Of a stretch of DNA of 64,000 nt, positions 48,363-57,938 are shown piece by piece. The stretch is from Actinomycetota bacterium. GTDB lineage: Bacteria > Actinomycetota > Acidimicrobiia > Spongiisociales > UBA11373. Within the stretch, counting starts at the first letter, position 1. Each line of letters begins with the position of its first letter. The stretch lies in contig JAHLKU010000001.1 of assembly GCA_020444505.1 (NCBI GenBank), positions 62,810-126,809 on the forward strand, in the 5' to 3' direction. A model generated the notes under the pieces. It did no database searches and had not been told where the DNA came from. It saw only the letters and a program-made list of their open reading frames with translations. Position numbers and translations under genes: made by a program.

Positions 48363-49511
48363 ATGCGCAGGAACCCCGTGCTCGACGAGTTGGGTGCGTA
48401 CGTCATCGCCGATCTGCAGGCCCTCGCCAGGGACATGCGGGAGCGCGGCGAGCGGGTCATCGACTTCTCGATCGGCGACCCCCGGGAGCCGACGCCCCCG
48501 TTCATCCCCGCCGCGATGAAGGCGGCGGTGCCTGCGGTGTCGCAGTACCCCACGGTGTCCGGCATCGCCGCCGTGCGCGAGGCCTTCGCCGGGTACCTGC
48601 TGCGCCGCTTCGGGGTGGTGGCCGACCCGGCGACGCAGATGTTCCCCACCTCGGGGTCGAAGGAGGCCATCTTCACCACGCCGTTCGCCCTCGTGGACGG
48701 CCGCGGCGGCGACGCGGTGGCGTTCGGCACGCCCGGCTACCCGGTGTACGAGCGGGGGACCCGGTTCGCAGGCGCCGAGGCGCTCGGCATCCCGTTGTCC
48801 GGAGACTTCGTGCTCCGCGCCGCCGACGTGCCCGACGGCGCATGGGAGCGGCTCCGGCTGCTGTGGATCTGCACCCCGCACAACCCCACCGGGTCGGTGA
48901 CCGGCCGCGACGACCTGGACGCCCTGGTGGAGGCGTGCCGGCGCCACGACGTGGTCCTGGCCAGCGACGAGTGCTACGCCGACCTCTACGACGGCGCCCC
49001 CCCGCCGTCGGTGCTGCAGGCGGCGGAGCCGGGCTTCGAGGGGACGCTCGCCTACTACAGCCTGTCGAAGCGCTCCGGCATGACCGGGTACCGCAGCGGC
49101 ATGGTGGTGGGCGACGCGTCGCTGGTGGCGGCGCTGAAGCAGTTGCGCAACTCGGTGGGGGTGGCCCCCGCCGAGTACGTCCAGGCCGCCGCCGCGGCGG
49201 CCTGGGCCGACGACGAGCACGCCGGGGAGCGGCGGCGGGTGTTTGCGGCCAAGCGGGCGGCGCTGCGGGCGCCGTTCGACGAGGCCGGGTTCGAGGTGGT
49301 GGGGTCGGAGGCCGGCCTGTACCTGTGGGTGCGGGTGCCGGGTGATGAGCACGCCGCCGCCAAGCGGTTGCTGGCCGACGGGGTGGTCGCCTCGCCCGGG
49401 TCGGCGTTCGGCGCCGGAGGGGAGGGGTACCTGCGGTTCGCCCTGGTGCCCACGCTGGAGGAGTGCGGCGAGGCCGCGGAGGTGTTGCGAGCGTGTTTGA
49501 CCGAGATGTGA
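48363..49511 (+). CDS. dapC: succinyldiaminopimelate aminotransferase (class I PLP aminotransferase)
   Basis: The PLP-Lys context YSLSKRSGMTGYRSG and NPTG. It lies immediately upstream of dapD and dapE. TACCGT at 48350-48355 lies 7 nt upstream of the ATG. Confidence 0.8.
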   Translation: MRRNPVLDELGAYVIADLQALARDMRERGERVIDFSIGDPREPTPPFIPAAMKAAVPAVSQYPTVSGIAAVREAFAGYLLRRFGVVADPATQMFPTSGSKEAIFTTPFALVDGRGGDAVAFGTPGYPVYERGTRFAGAEALGIPLSGDFVLRAADVPDGAWERLRLLWICTPHNPTGSVTGRDDLDALVEACRRHDVVLASDECYADLYDGAPPPSVLQAAEPGFEGTLAYYSLSKRSGMTGYRSGMVVGDASLVAALKQLRNSVGVAPAEYVQAAAAAAWADDEHAGERRRVFAAKRAALRAPFDEAGFEVVGSEAGLYLWVRVPGDEHAAAKRLLADGVVASPGSAFGAGGEGYLRFALVPTLEECGEAAEVLRACLTEM

Positions 49512-50299
49512 TCGACCGGGCCTACGACGACCTCTCGCTGCTCCCCGGGGCCGCAGCGGAGGTGGAGGCGGCCATCGCCGCCCTCGATCGCGGCGAGGTG
49601 CGGGTCGCGGCCAGGGGCGAGGGCGGGTGGGTGGTGGACCAGACCGTGCAGCGGGCCATCATGCTCTACTTCCGGCTGCGCGGCCTCGACACGATGACGG
49701 CCGGGCCCTTCGAGTACCACGACAAGATCCCGACCAAGCGCGGCCTGGCCGCCCAGGGCATCCGGGTGGTGCCCCCCGGCACGATCCGCTACGGCGCCTT
49801 CTGCGAGCCGGGCGTGGTGGTGATGCCCGGGTACGTCAACATCGGCGCCTGGGTGGGGGAGGGGACCATGGTGGACACGTGGGCCACCGTCGGCTCGTGC
49901 GCCCAGATCGGGCGGCACGTCCACCTGTCGGGCGGGGTCGGCATCGGCGGGGTGCTCGAACCGCCCGGCGCCGCACCGGTGATCGTGGAGGACGGGGCGT
50001 TCATCGGGAGCCGCTGCATCCTGGTGGAGGGCGTGATCGTGGAAGAGGGCGCAGTGCTGGGCGCCAACACCGTCATCACCTCGTCCACCAAGATCATCGA
50101 CGTCACCGGCCCCGAGCCGGTCGAGCACCGCGGGCGCATCCCGGCCCGCTCGGTGGTCATCCCCGGCACCCGGCCCCGGGAGTTCCCGGCCGGCACCTAC
50201 CACATCCCCGCCGCCCTCATCATCGGCCGCCGCTCGGCGTCCACCGACGAGAAGACCTCGCTCAACGACGCGCTGCGCACCTTCGAGGTGCCGGTGTGA
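49463..50299 (+). CDS. dapD: 2,3,4,5-tetrahydropyridine-2,6-dicarboxylate N-succinyltransferase
   Basis: Strong similarity to E. coli-type DapD: MPGYVNIGAWVGEGTMVDTWATVGSCAQIGRHVHLSGGVGIGGVLEP. The start is uncertain, with in-frame GTGs at 49463, 49484 and 49493. Confidence 0.9.
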   Translation: MRRGRGGVASVFDRDVIDRAYDDLSLLPGAAAEVEAAIAALDRGEVRVAARGEGGWVVDQTVQRAIMLYFRLRGLDTMTAGPFEYHDKIPTKRGLAAQGIRVVPPGTIRYGAFCEPGVVVMPGYVNIGAWVGEGTMVDTWATVGSCAQIGRHVHLSGGVGIGGVLEPPGAAPVIVEDGAFIGSRCILVEGVIVEEGAVLGANTVITSSTKIIDVTGPEPVEHRGRIPARSVVIPGTRPREFPAGTYHIPAALIIGRRSASTDEKTSLNDALRTFEVPV

Positions 50300-51345
50300 C
50301 CCTCGTCGACGACCTGGTCTGGCTCATCGACACGCCTTCGGTGACGGGCGAGGAGGAGGCGCTCTGCAACGCCGTCGCCCGCCGCCTCTCGCCGCGATTC
50401 GGCGCCGACGGCATCGCCAGGGTCGGCAACTCGCTGGTGGTCGGGCGCCCGACCGGCAAGCCCCAGATCACGCTGTACGGGCACCTCGACACCGTGCCGC
50501 CGCAGGGCAACCAGCGCGGCACCGTCGAGGGCGGCCGGGTCCGCGGGCTGGGCGCCTCCGACATGAAGTCCGGCCTGGCGGTGATGCTCGGCCTGCTCGA
50601 GGACGACGCCGTCGCCGCGGGCCCCTACGACGTGATCGCCGTGTTCTACGACAAGGAGGAGGGCCCCTCGCACGACAACGGCCTCGAGGACGTCCTCGAC
50701 GCGGTGCCGTGGCTGGCCGACGCCGAGTTCGCCGTGGTCCTGGAGCCCACCGACCTGCAGCTGGAGCTCGGGTGCCAGGGGGCGCTGAACGCCACCGTCA
50801 CCTTCCTGGGCAAGGCGGCCCACAGCGCCCGCCCCTGGCTGGGCGAGAACGCCGTGTCCAGGGCGGTGCCGTGGCTGGCGGAGATGGCGGCCCGCCGGCC
50901 CGAGGAGGTGGATCTCGACGGCCTGCGCTTCCTGGAGACCTTCAACGTGACCATGGCCGCGGCCGGGGTGGCGCGCAACGTGATCCCGCCCCGGATGGAC
51001 CTCAACGTGAACTACCGGTTCCCGCCCGACCGCACCATGGCCCAGGCCGAGGCCAGGCTGCGGGAGGTGTGCGCCGCCGCCGATGCCGTCGAGATCGTCG
51101 ACCGGGCGCAGCCGGCGCCGATCCCGCAGGGGAACCCCCACCTCGACCGCCTGGTGGCCGTCAGCGGCGCCCGCCGCAACGGCAAGCAGGCCTGGACCGA
51201 CGTGGCCAGGCTCTCGGCGCGGGGGATCGCGGCCGTCAACTACGGGCCGGGGGAGACCGCGCAGGCCCACACCGAGGGGGAGTCGGTGGACGCCGTCTCG
51301 CTGGGCGTGGCGTTCGAGGCGCTGCGCCGGTTCCTGACCTCCTGA
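50296..51345 (+). CDS. dapE: succinyl-diaminopimelate desuccinylase (M20 peptidase)
   Basis: [22 protein letters not shown] and [12 protein letters not shown] 50296 overlaps the dapD TGA. Confidence 0.85.
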   Translation: MTLVDDLVWLIDTPSVTGEEEALCNAVARRLSPRFGADGIARVGNSLVVGRPTGKPQITLYGHLDTVPPQGNQRGTVEGGRVRGLGASDMKSGLAVMLGLLEDDAVAAGPYDVIAVFYDKEEGPSHDNGLEDVLDAVPWLADAEFAVVLEPTDLQLELGCQGALNATVTFLGKAAHSARPWLGENAVSRAVPWLAEMAARRPEEVDLDGLRFLETFNVTMAAAGVARNVIPPRMDLNVNYRFPPDRTMAQAEARLREVCAAADAVEIVDRAQPAPIPQGNPHLDRLVAVSGARRNGKQAWTDVARLSARGIAAVNYGPGETAQAHTEGESVDAVSLGVAFEALRRFLTS

Positions 51346-51386
51346 GCCCGGGACGCCCCGGAGGCGCCCGGGGCTACCATCGCCCC

Positions 51387-51674
51387 GTGCCCATCGACAT
51401 CGACCTCGCCTACGTGGCCCGTCTCGCCCGCCTCGACCTCACCGACGAGGAACTGGCCTCCTACGAGGGGCAGCTGCAGGACATCCTGGACTACGCGGCG
51501 CGGGTGCAGGCGCTGCCCACCGAGGGCGTCCCGCCCACATCGCACCCGCTGCCGATGCGCAACGCCCACCGCGCCGACGAGGTGGAGCCCACCCTGGACC
51601 GCGAAGAGGTGCTCGCCCAGGCGCCCGACCGGGACGGCCCGTTCTTCCGGGTCCCGCCGTTCCTGGAGCAGTGA
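51387..51674 (+). CDS. gatC: Asp/Glu-tRNA(Asn/Gln) amidotransferase subunit C
   Basis: [37 protein letters not shown] at 51375-51380 lies 6 nt upstream of the GTG. Confidence 0.9.
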   Translation: MPIDIDLAYVARLARLDLTDEELASYEGQLQDILDYAARVQALPTEGVPPTSHPLPMRNAHRADEVEPTLDREEVLAQAPDRDGPFFRVPPFLEQ

Positions 51675-53152
51675 TGGGCGATCCCGCCGACCTGACGATC
51701 GCCGAAGCGGGGAGGCAGCTGCGCGACGGCGGCCTCACCGCCGCCGGCCTGCTCGACGCGGTGCGCCGCCGGGCCTCCATGACCGAGGCGCAGTTGCACG
51801 CCTTCCTGACGATCGACGCCGAGGGGGCGGCCGCCGCGGCCGAACGGGCCGATGCGGCGCTGGCCAGGGGCGAGGACCTCGGGCCCCTGCACGGCATCCC
51901 GGTGGCGCTCAAGGACAACATGGTCACCCGGGGCGTCGAGACCACCGCCGGGTCGCGGATCCTGGCGGGCTGGGTGCCGCCCTACGACGCGACCGTGGTG
52001 GAGCGGCTGGCGAGGGGCGGGGCGGTGATCGTCGGCAAGACCAACATGGACGAGTTCGCGATGGGCTCGTCCACCGAGAACTCGGCGTACGGGCCCACCC
52101 GCAACCCGTGGGACCCCGGCCGGGTCCCGGGGGGCAGCAGCGGCGGCTCGGCCTCGTCGGTGGCGGTCGGCTCTGCGCTGGGGGCGCTCGGGTCGGACAC
52201 CGGCGGTTCGATCCGCCAGCCGGCGGCGCTGACCGGCATCGTCGGCATGAAGCCCACCTACGGCCTGGTGAGCCGCTACGGGCTGATCGCCTTCGCCTCG
52301 TCGCTGGACCAGATCGGCCCCTTCGCCCGCACGGTGGAGGACGCCGTGGGGATCTTCGAGGTGATCGCCGGGCACGACCCGTCGGACGCCACCTCGTACC
52401 GGGGCCCGGTCCCCGACGCCAGGGCCGGCCTCGCCGAGGGGCCCGAAGGCCTGCGGGTCGGAGTGCTGAGGGAGCTGTCCGGGGAGGGCAACGACCCCGA
52501 TGTGCTCGAGGCGTTCGAGCGGACCGTCGACGCCCTGGCCGGGGCGGGCGCCACGGTGACGCCCATGTCGCTCCCCTCGTGCGCCGACGCGCTGAACGCC
52601 TACTACCTGATCGCCCCCGCCGAGTGCTCGGCCAACCTGGCCCGCTTCGACGGCGTCCGCTACGGGCCCCGGATCGGCGGCGACACGGTGGAGCAGATGA
52701 TGGGGGCCACCCGCCGCGACGGGTTCGGGCCCGAGGTGACCCGCCGCATCCTGGTGGGCACCTATGCCCTGTCGGCCGGCTACTACGACGCCTTCTACGG
52801 CCAGGCGCAGAAGGTCCGCACGCTGGTCGTGGAGGACTTCCGCAGGGCCTACGCCGACGTGGACGTGCTGGTGTGCCCCACCAGCCCCACCACCGCCTTC
52901 CGGGTGGGGGAGCGGGCCGACGACCCGCTGCAGATGTACCTGAGCGACGTGGCGACGGTGCCGGTGAACCTGTCGGGCGACCCCGGCATCTCGGTGCCGG
53001 TGGGCGTGGATCGCGACGGGCTGCCGATCGGCTTCCAGGTGATCGCCCCGGCGCTCGGTGAGGCGGCCCTGGTGCGAGCGGCGGCCGCCGTCGAGCGCCT
53101 CGCCGCCTTCGATGCCCGCCCGGCCCTGGCCACCTCGGAGGGGGCGGCATGA
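51671..53152 (+). CDS. gatA: Asp/Glu-tRNA(Asn/Gln) amidotransferase subunit A
   Basis: Amidase signature [12 protein letters not shown] and KDNM. It overlaps the gatC stop. Confidence 0.95.
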   Translation: MMGDPADLTIAEAGRQLRDGGLTAAGLLDAVRRRASMTEAQLHAFLTIDAEGAAAAAERADAALARGEDLGPLHGIPVALKDNMVTRGVETTAGSRILAGWVPPYDATVVERLARGGAVIVGKTNMDEFAMGSSTENSAYGPTRNPWDPGRVPGGSSGGSASSVAVGSALGALGSDTGGSIRQPAALTGIVGMKPTYGLVSRYGLIAFASSLDQIGPFARTVEDAVGIFEVIAGHDPSDATSYRGPVPDARAGLAEGPEGLRVGVLRELSGEGNDPDVLEAFERTVDALAGAGATVTPMSLPSCADALNAYYLIAPAECSANLARFDGVRYGPRIGGDTVEQMMGATRRDGFGPEVTRRILVGTYALSAGYYDAFYGQAQKVRTLVVEDFRRAYADVDVLVCPTSPTTAFRVGERADDPLQMYLSDVATVPVNLSGDPGISVPVGVDRDGLPIGFQVIAPALGEAALVRAAAAVERLAAFDARPALATSEGAA

Positions 53153-54597
53153 GCGCCTGGGAGGCCGTCATCGGGGTGGAGACCCACGTGGAGTTGGGCA
53201 CCGCCAGCAAGATGTTCTGCGGCTGCCCGGCCGACACCACGGCCGAGCCCAACACCAACGTGTGCCCGGTGTGCCTGGGGCTGCCCGGGGCGCTGCCGGT
53301 TCCCAACGAGCGGGCGATCGAGATGACCGTCGCCGTCGGGCTGGCGCTGGGCTGCCGCATCGCCGCCGACAGCGAGTTCAGCCGGAAGAACTACTTCTAC
53401 GCCGACCTGCCGAAGAACTACCAGATCTCCCAGTTCGACCTGCCGTTGTGCCTGGAGGGGAGCCTCGACGTCGAGGTGGGGGAGCAGACCGTGGCGGTGG
53501 GCATCACCAGGGTGCACCTGGAGGAGGACACCGGCAAGAGCACCCACCTGGGGGAGACGGGGCGCATCCACGAGGCCGATGCCGCCCTCATCGACTTCAA
53601 CCGCTGCGGGGTGCCGTTGATGGAGGTGGTGACGGAGCCCGACATGCGGACGCCCGAGCAGGCGCGGGCCTACGCCGACGAGCTGCGGGCGATCGTCCTC
53701 GCCCTCGGCGTCTCCGACGCCCGCCTCGAGGAGGGCAGCCTCCGCTTCGACGCCAACGTCTCCGTCCGTCCCGCCGGGGCGGAGGGGCTGGGCGTGAAGG
53801 TGGAGGTGAAGAACATGAACAGCCTCCGGTCGCTGCAGCGGGCGCTCGCCCACGAGATCGAACGGCAGACCGCCCTCGCCGAGGCCGGCGAGCCGATCGC
53901 CCAGGAGACCCGCCACTGGGACGAGGCGGCCGGTGTCACCAAGCCGGGCCGCAGCAAGGAGCAGTCGTCCGACTACCGGTACTTCCCGGAGCCCGACCTG
54001 GTGCCGCTGCACGTCGGCGACGAGCAACGGGACCGCATCGCCGCGTCGCTGCCCGAACTGCCCGCGGCCCGGCGCGCCCGGTACCGCGGCATGGGCCTGG
54101 ACGCCGGGACGGCGCGGCTGGTCGCCGAGGGCGACGGGCTGGACGAGGTGTTCGAGGAGGCGGCCGCCGCCGGGGCCGATCCGCAGGCGGCGGCCACCTG
54201 GCTCACCGGCGAGGTGGTGGCCCACCTGCGCCGCACCGATGCCCGCCTCGGCGCCACGCCGCTCGACGGCGCCGCGCTGGCGGCGCTGCTGGCGATGATC
54301 GACGGGGGAGAGGTGTCGGCGACGGCCGCCAAGGCCGTGCTGGCGGGCGTCCTCGACGGCGAGGGTTCTCCCCGGGAGGTGGCCGAGGCCCGCGACCTGA
54401 TGCAGATCGGGGACGCCGGCGCCCTGGAGGCGGCGGTGGACGAGGCCCTGGCGGCGCACCCCGACGAGGCCGGCAGGCTCCGCGACGGCGACATGAAGCT
54501 GATCGGGTTCTTCGTGGGGCGGGTGATGCAGGCCACCGGCGGCAAGGCCGACCCCCGCATGGTGTCCGACCTGATCCGCGGCAAGGCCACCGGTTGA
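53149..54597 (+). CDS. gatB: Asp/Glu-tRNA(Asn/Gln) amidotransferase subunit B
   Basis: [33 protein letters not shown], and a C-terminal GatB/YqeY domain. Confidence 0.95.
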   Translation: MSAWEAVIGVETHVELGTASKMFCGCPADTTAEPNTNVCPVCLGLPGALPVPNERAIEMTVAVGLALGCRIAADSEFSRKNYFYADLPKNYQISQFDLPLCLEGSLDVEVGEQTVAVGITRVHLEEDTGKSTHLGETGRIHEADAALIDFNRCGVPLMEVVTEPDMRTPEQARAYADELRAIVLALGVSDARLEEGSLRFDANVSVRPAGAEGLGVKVEVKNMNSLRSLQRALAHEIERQTALAEAGEPIAQETRHWDEAAGVTKPGRSKEQSSDYRYFPEPDLVPLHVGDEQRDRIAASLPELPAARRARYRGMGLDAGTARLVAEGDGLDEVFEEAAAAGADPQAAATWLTGEVVAHLRRTDARLGATPLDGAALAALLAMIDGGEVSATAAKAVLAGVLDGEGSPREVAEARDLMQIGDAGALEAAVDEALAAHPDEAGRLRDGDMKLIGFFVGRVMQATGGKADPRMVSDLIRGKATG

Positions 54598-55247
54598 GGG
54601 CGGTCGTCTGGGACTGTGACGGCGTCCTGGTGGACTCCGAGCCCCACTCGGTCGCCTCGTGGGTGGCGGTGCTGGGCCGATTCGGCAGCGAGGCGTCGGC
54701 ATCCGACGTCGAAGCATGCATGGGCTTCGGCTACCCCGACACCTACGCCCACCTGGCGGCGTTCCCCTCCACGGAGCCGATCCCCGGCGCCGAGGCGCTG
54801 TGGCCGATGCTGCTGGAGGCGCTCGGCGACTCGTTCGGGCCGTCGCTCGCGCCGTTCGCCGACGCGGTGTCGTGCATCGACGCGCTCGCCGCCGCCGGGG
54901 CGCCGCAGGGGGTGGCGTCGTCGAGCAGGCGGTCCCGGGTGGACCTGACCCTGGCCAGGGCCGGGCTGGACGGCCGGTTCGCCGCCGTGGTGGCCGGCGA
55001 CGAGGTGCCCCGCTCCAAGCCGCATCCCGACGTCTACCTGCGCGCCGCCGCCCTGCTGGGCGTGCCACCGGGGTCCTGCGTCGCCGTGGAGGACACCTTC
55101 CACGGCTGCAGGTCGGCGCGCGCCGCCGGCATGGCCGTGGTCGGGGTGGTCCGACTCGAAGAGCAGCGTGCGGCGATGGGCGGGGCCGGTGCCGTGGTGG
55201 TGGACGCCCTCGAACCGGAGCACCTGCTGCGCATGGCCGGCGCCTGA
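54594..55247 (+). CDS. HAD-superfamily hydrolase (beta-phosphoglucomutase-like subfamily IA)
   Basis: TTG 54594 overlaps the gatB TGA. DxD motif VWDCDGVLVDSE, KPHPDVYL and VEDTFHG. Confidence 0.8.
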   Translation: MRAVVWDCDGVLVDSEPHSVASWVAVLGRFGSEASASDVEACMGFGYPDTYAHLAAFPSTEPIPGAEALWPMLLEALGDSFGPSLAPFADAVSCIDALAAAGAPQGVASSSRRSRVDLTLARAGLDGRFAAVVAGDEVPRSKPHPDVYLRAAALLGVPPGSCVAVEDTFHGCRSARAAGMAVVGVVRLEEQRAAMGGAGAVVVDALEPEHLLRMAGA

Positions 55248-55267
55248 GCAGCGGTACGGTGGACGGC

Positions 55268-55462
55268 GTGAGCGGCGAGATCGTCCGGGTGCGGGACCAC
55301 ACCAGGCCGTGCGAGCACGGCTCGCTGTGGCAGCACTGGTTCGAGGTGTCCACGGCGCGGTGGTGGCAGGAGCCCGACTGCCCCGGCGGCCGCGAGATGG
55401 TGCTGCGGCGCCGTCCCGACGGCGCCTGGGAGGAGATCGACGACGGCGGCGCCGGGGAGTGA
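55268..55462 (+). CDS. small hypothetical protein (64 aa, Trp/Cys-containing)
   Basis: Only ORF-level support: a GTG start 20 nt after the HAD gene, and non-artefactual composition (WQHWFEVSTARWWQEPDCPGG). Confidence 0.3.
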   Translation: MSGEIVRVRDHTRPCEHGSLWQHWFEVSTARWWQEPDCPGGREMVLRRRPDGAWEEIDDGGAGE

Positions 55463-55522
55463 CGGGCCCGGCGGGCGTCGGAGGAGGGGCGTTGCGCTCG
55501 CTCCGGCCGGCGGGCCGTCGGG

Positions 55523-56419
55523 TCAGTCCCGGGGAGCGGCGGCGGCGGCGTGCCGTGTGTCCCGCTCGGACCGCAGTCTCGCGACCGTGAGCGCGACCGA
55601 CGCCCCCCACAGGCCGGCGATGACCGCGTAGGCCGCGGCGCGGGCCGCGCCGTGGATCCCGGCGGCGCCGAGGATGGTCCGGGCGTTCGTCAGCACGATC
55701 AGGCCGCCGACCATGCAGCCGAGCAGGCGGGGCCTGACCATGCGCACCAGCCAGGCGGCCAGGGGAGCGGCCAGCAGGCCGCCGGCGAGCAGCGCGCCCA
55801 CCACGGCGGGGTCGATGTCGGCCATGCCCATGCCGGTGAGGAAGCCGGCGCTGGCGGCGAGGGCCACCACGAACTCGGAGGTGTCCACCGACCCGATGAC
55901 CCGGCGCGGCTCCATCTTCCCGGTGGCGATCAGGGTGGGCGTGGCGACCGGACCCCACCCGCCGCCCCCGGTGGCGTCGATGAACCCGGCCACCAGGCCG
56001 AGGGCGGCGAGGTAGCGGTGGCGGACCCATGGGCGGCCTCGCGGACGCGGAGCGGCGCCGAACGTGAAGCGGACCACCAGGTACAGGCCCAGGGCGAGCA
56101 GGATCCCCGACGTCCAGGGCTTGGCCGCCTCGGTGCTGACGCTGCTCAGGAGCACGGCGCCGGTGAACGCTCCGACGGCGCCGGGCACTGCCATGCGGCG
56201 CACCGTCCGCCAGTCCACGTTGCCGAAGCGCCAGTGGGCGGCGCCGGAGGCGAGCGTGGTCCCCAGTTCTGCCAGGTGCACCGATGCGGAGGCGGCCGCC
56301 GGGGCGAGCCCTGCAGAGAGCAGCAAGGTGGTGCTGGTGACGCCGTACGCCATGCCGAGCGAGCCGTCGACCAGTTGGGCGGCCCACCCGATGACGAGGA
56401 GAACGATGAGGCCGGGCAT
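55523..56419 (-). CDS. TauE/SafE-family (sulfite exporter-like) membrane protein
   Basis: ATG 56417-56419 follows AAAGGA. 298 aa with about 8 TM helices, and QLVDGSLGMAYGV is typical of the family. The upstream part of the tracked ORF is an artefact. Confidence 0.8.
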   Translation of the reverse strand: MPGLIVLLVIGWAAQLVDGSLGMAYGVTSTTLLLSAGLAPAAASASVHLAELGTTLASGAAHWRFGNVDWRTVRRMAVPGAVGAFTGAVLLSSVSTEAAKPWTSGILLALGLYLVVRFTFGAAPRPRGRPWVRHRYLAALGLVAGFIDATGGGGWGPVATPTLIATGKMEPRRVIGSVDTSEFVVALAASAGFLTGMGMADIDPAVVGALLAGGLLAAPLAAWLVRMVRPRLLGCMVGGLIVLTNARTILGAAGIHGAARAAAYAVIAGLWGASVALTVARLRSERDTRHAAAAAPRD

Positions 56420-56435
56420 CCGTAGAATCCTTTCA

Positions 56436-56451
56436 ATTCCAATCGGATTTA
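56436..56451. promoter_or_regulatory. imperfect palindrome AATTCCAATCGGATTT in an AT-rich divergent promoter region (candidate Rrf2 operator)
   Basis: 12 of 16 positions are self-complementary. It is flanked by AATCC (56426-56430) and GGATT (56445-56449) arms. TAGAAT and TAGTAT -10-like boxes lie in the same 87-bp spacer. Confidence 0.3.
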
Positions 56452-56506
56452 TGTAGTATTCCTCTGGATCAGCATACTCCTCGCGGCAGAGGATGGGAGC
56501 GCAGCC

Positions 56507-56959
56507 ATGTGGATCACCAACAAGACCGACTACGCGACGAGAGCAGTGCTGGCCCTGGCGCTCGCCGGCGACCGGGCGGGCTACCTGAGCGTGGCCGAGA
56601 TCGCAGACCGGGTGGACGTGCCGCAAGGGTTCCTGGAGCAGATCATGTCCCAGTTGCGCGGGGCGGGGATCGTCCGGTCCGCCCGGGGCCGGACCGGCGG
56701 GTACCGGCTCAACCACCCTCCCGGAGAGATCAGCCTGGAGCGCATCGTCCGGCTGTTCCAGGGCCCGCTCTCGCCGATCGCCTGCGCCACCAGGGCGAAC
56801 CCGGAGCCGTGCACGATGAGCGTGGGGTGCTCCCTGCAGCGGGTATGGGCCGGGATCCGGGACCACACGATCGAGGTGCTGGAGCAAACCGACTTCGGGA
56901 CGCTGGCCGCCGCAGCGGGCGGCGCATGGTCGCCCCCCGGCGCTGCGATCAGCCGCTGA
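56507..56959 (+). CDS. Rrf2-family transcriptional regulator with a C-x8-C-x5-C cluster-ligand motif
   Basis: MWITNKTDYATRAVLALA...LSVAEIADRVDVPQGFLEQIMSQLRGAGIVRSARGRTGGYRL and CATRANPEPCTMSVGC. Confidence 0.9.
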   Translation: MWITNKTDYATRAVLALALAGDRAGYLSVAEIADRVDVPQGFLEQIMSQLRGAGIVRSARGRTGGYRLNHPPGEISLERIVRLFQGPLSPIACATRANPEPCTMSVGCSLQRVWAGIRDHTIEVLEQTDFGTLAAAAGGAWSPPGAAISR

Positions 56960-57872
56960 CCGCTCCCGCGATCACCATCGCCCCCAGGAAGCAGGCCGCC
57001 GCCCCCAGTGCCGCCCGGATCGTCGCCGGGCGCAGCAGCCGGACCGTCCACACCCCGGCGGGCACGGCGGCCACACCTCCGGCGAGCATCGCCGTGAGCA
57101 GGCCCGGGTCCGGCCACCCTTCGACCGCCACCAGCACCGCGGCCCCCGCTGCCGCCGCCAGGCCCTCTGCCGCCGTGGTCACGCCCACCGCGTTGCGCTC
57201 CGGGATCCCGATCATCACCTGGCCGGTGGTGGCCAGGGGCCCGAACCCGGCGCCGCTGAGGCCCTTGGCCGCTGCGGCGGCGATGCCGATGCCGACGGCT
57301 CCGGCCGTGGAGTAGCGGCTGCGGAGCCGCTTGCCGGCCAGGGCCACCGCGCCGCCTGCCAGCGCCGTCGCCCCGATCACCACCTGCGCCGGCCCGATCT
57401 CCAGCGTGGCCGCCACCGCCGCCGTGGCTGCCGCAGCGACGACGGCCGGCGCCGCGATGGCAGCGAGCACCCCGATGTCGCGCGAGCCGCGATGGAAGTC
57501 CACGTTGGCGGCGCGCTGGTGGAGGCCGGCGGCCAGCAGGCCGGTCGCAGCTTCGGAGATGAGCACGACGGCGACGGCCGTCTCGGGAGGGGTGCCGGTC
57601 ATGAGCAGCACCGGCCCGACGACGGTCCCGTAGCCCATGCCGACGGAGGTGTCCACGTACTCGGCGGCCATCGACAGGACGGCGAGTGCAACCAGCGCCC
57701 AGACCCCCGACGGAGGGCCTTCCGTCCCGGCACCGTCGGCGCCCCACGCCAGGCCCGCCGTGACCGCGGCGGCGGCGAGGGCGGCGAACAGCGTGATGCG
57801 GGAGACGGCGGCGAACCGCCATCGCCAGACCCGGCCCCCGCGGATGCGGGGGGAGCGGGAACCGTCGCTCAC
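56949..57872 (-). CDS. TauE/SafE-family membrane protein (second copy)
   Basis: 307 aa, polytopic, with AEYVDTSVGMGYGTVVGPVL. Convergent with the Rrf2 gene and overlapping it by 11 nt. Confidence 0.75.
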   Translation of the reverse strand: MSDGSRSPRIRGGRVWRWRFAAVSRITLFAALAAAAVTAGLAWGADGAGTEGPPSGVWALVALAVLSMAAEYVDTSVGMGYGTVVGPVLLMTGTPPETAVAVVLISEAATGLLAAGLHQRAANVDFHRGSRDIGVLAAIAAPAVVAAAATAAVAATLEIGPAQVVIGATALAGGAVALAGKRLRSRYSTAGAVGIGIAAAAAKGLSGAGFGPLATTGQVMIGIPERNAVGVTTAAEGLAAAAGAAVLVAVEGWPDPGLLTAMLAGGVAAVPAGVWTVRLLRPATIRAALGAAACFLGAMVIAGAVSG

Positions 57873-57938
57873 GGACGCGCCCCCAGGGTTCGGATGCCTC
57901 TGTGCAGCGTACTCCCGGCGGCACTGCGGGCCCGGCGG

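Noticed and set aside
44112-49511. Giant 1799-aa ORF on the plus strand, with similar very long ORFs at 33367..37293(-), 56581..60000(-), 57492..60734(+), 52849..55353(-), 53973..56387(-), 12176..14509(-), 41169..42863(-), 24540..25379(-) and others
   Set aside because: They are Arg/Gly/Pro/His/Asp-rich and low in complexity, with no recognisable motifs. They lie antisense to, or out of frame with, genes of unmistakable family identity (nuclease, ABC genes, ppc, gatB, aldehyde dehydrogenase, ligA). Open shadow frames like these are expected at this G+C. Only the last 382 codons of 44112..49511 are real (dapC).
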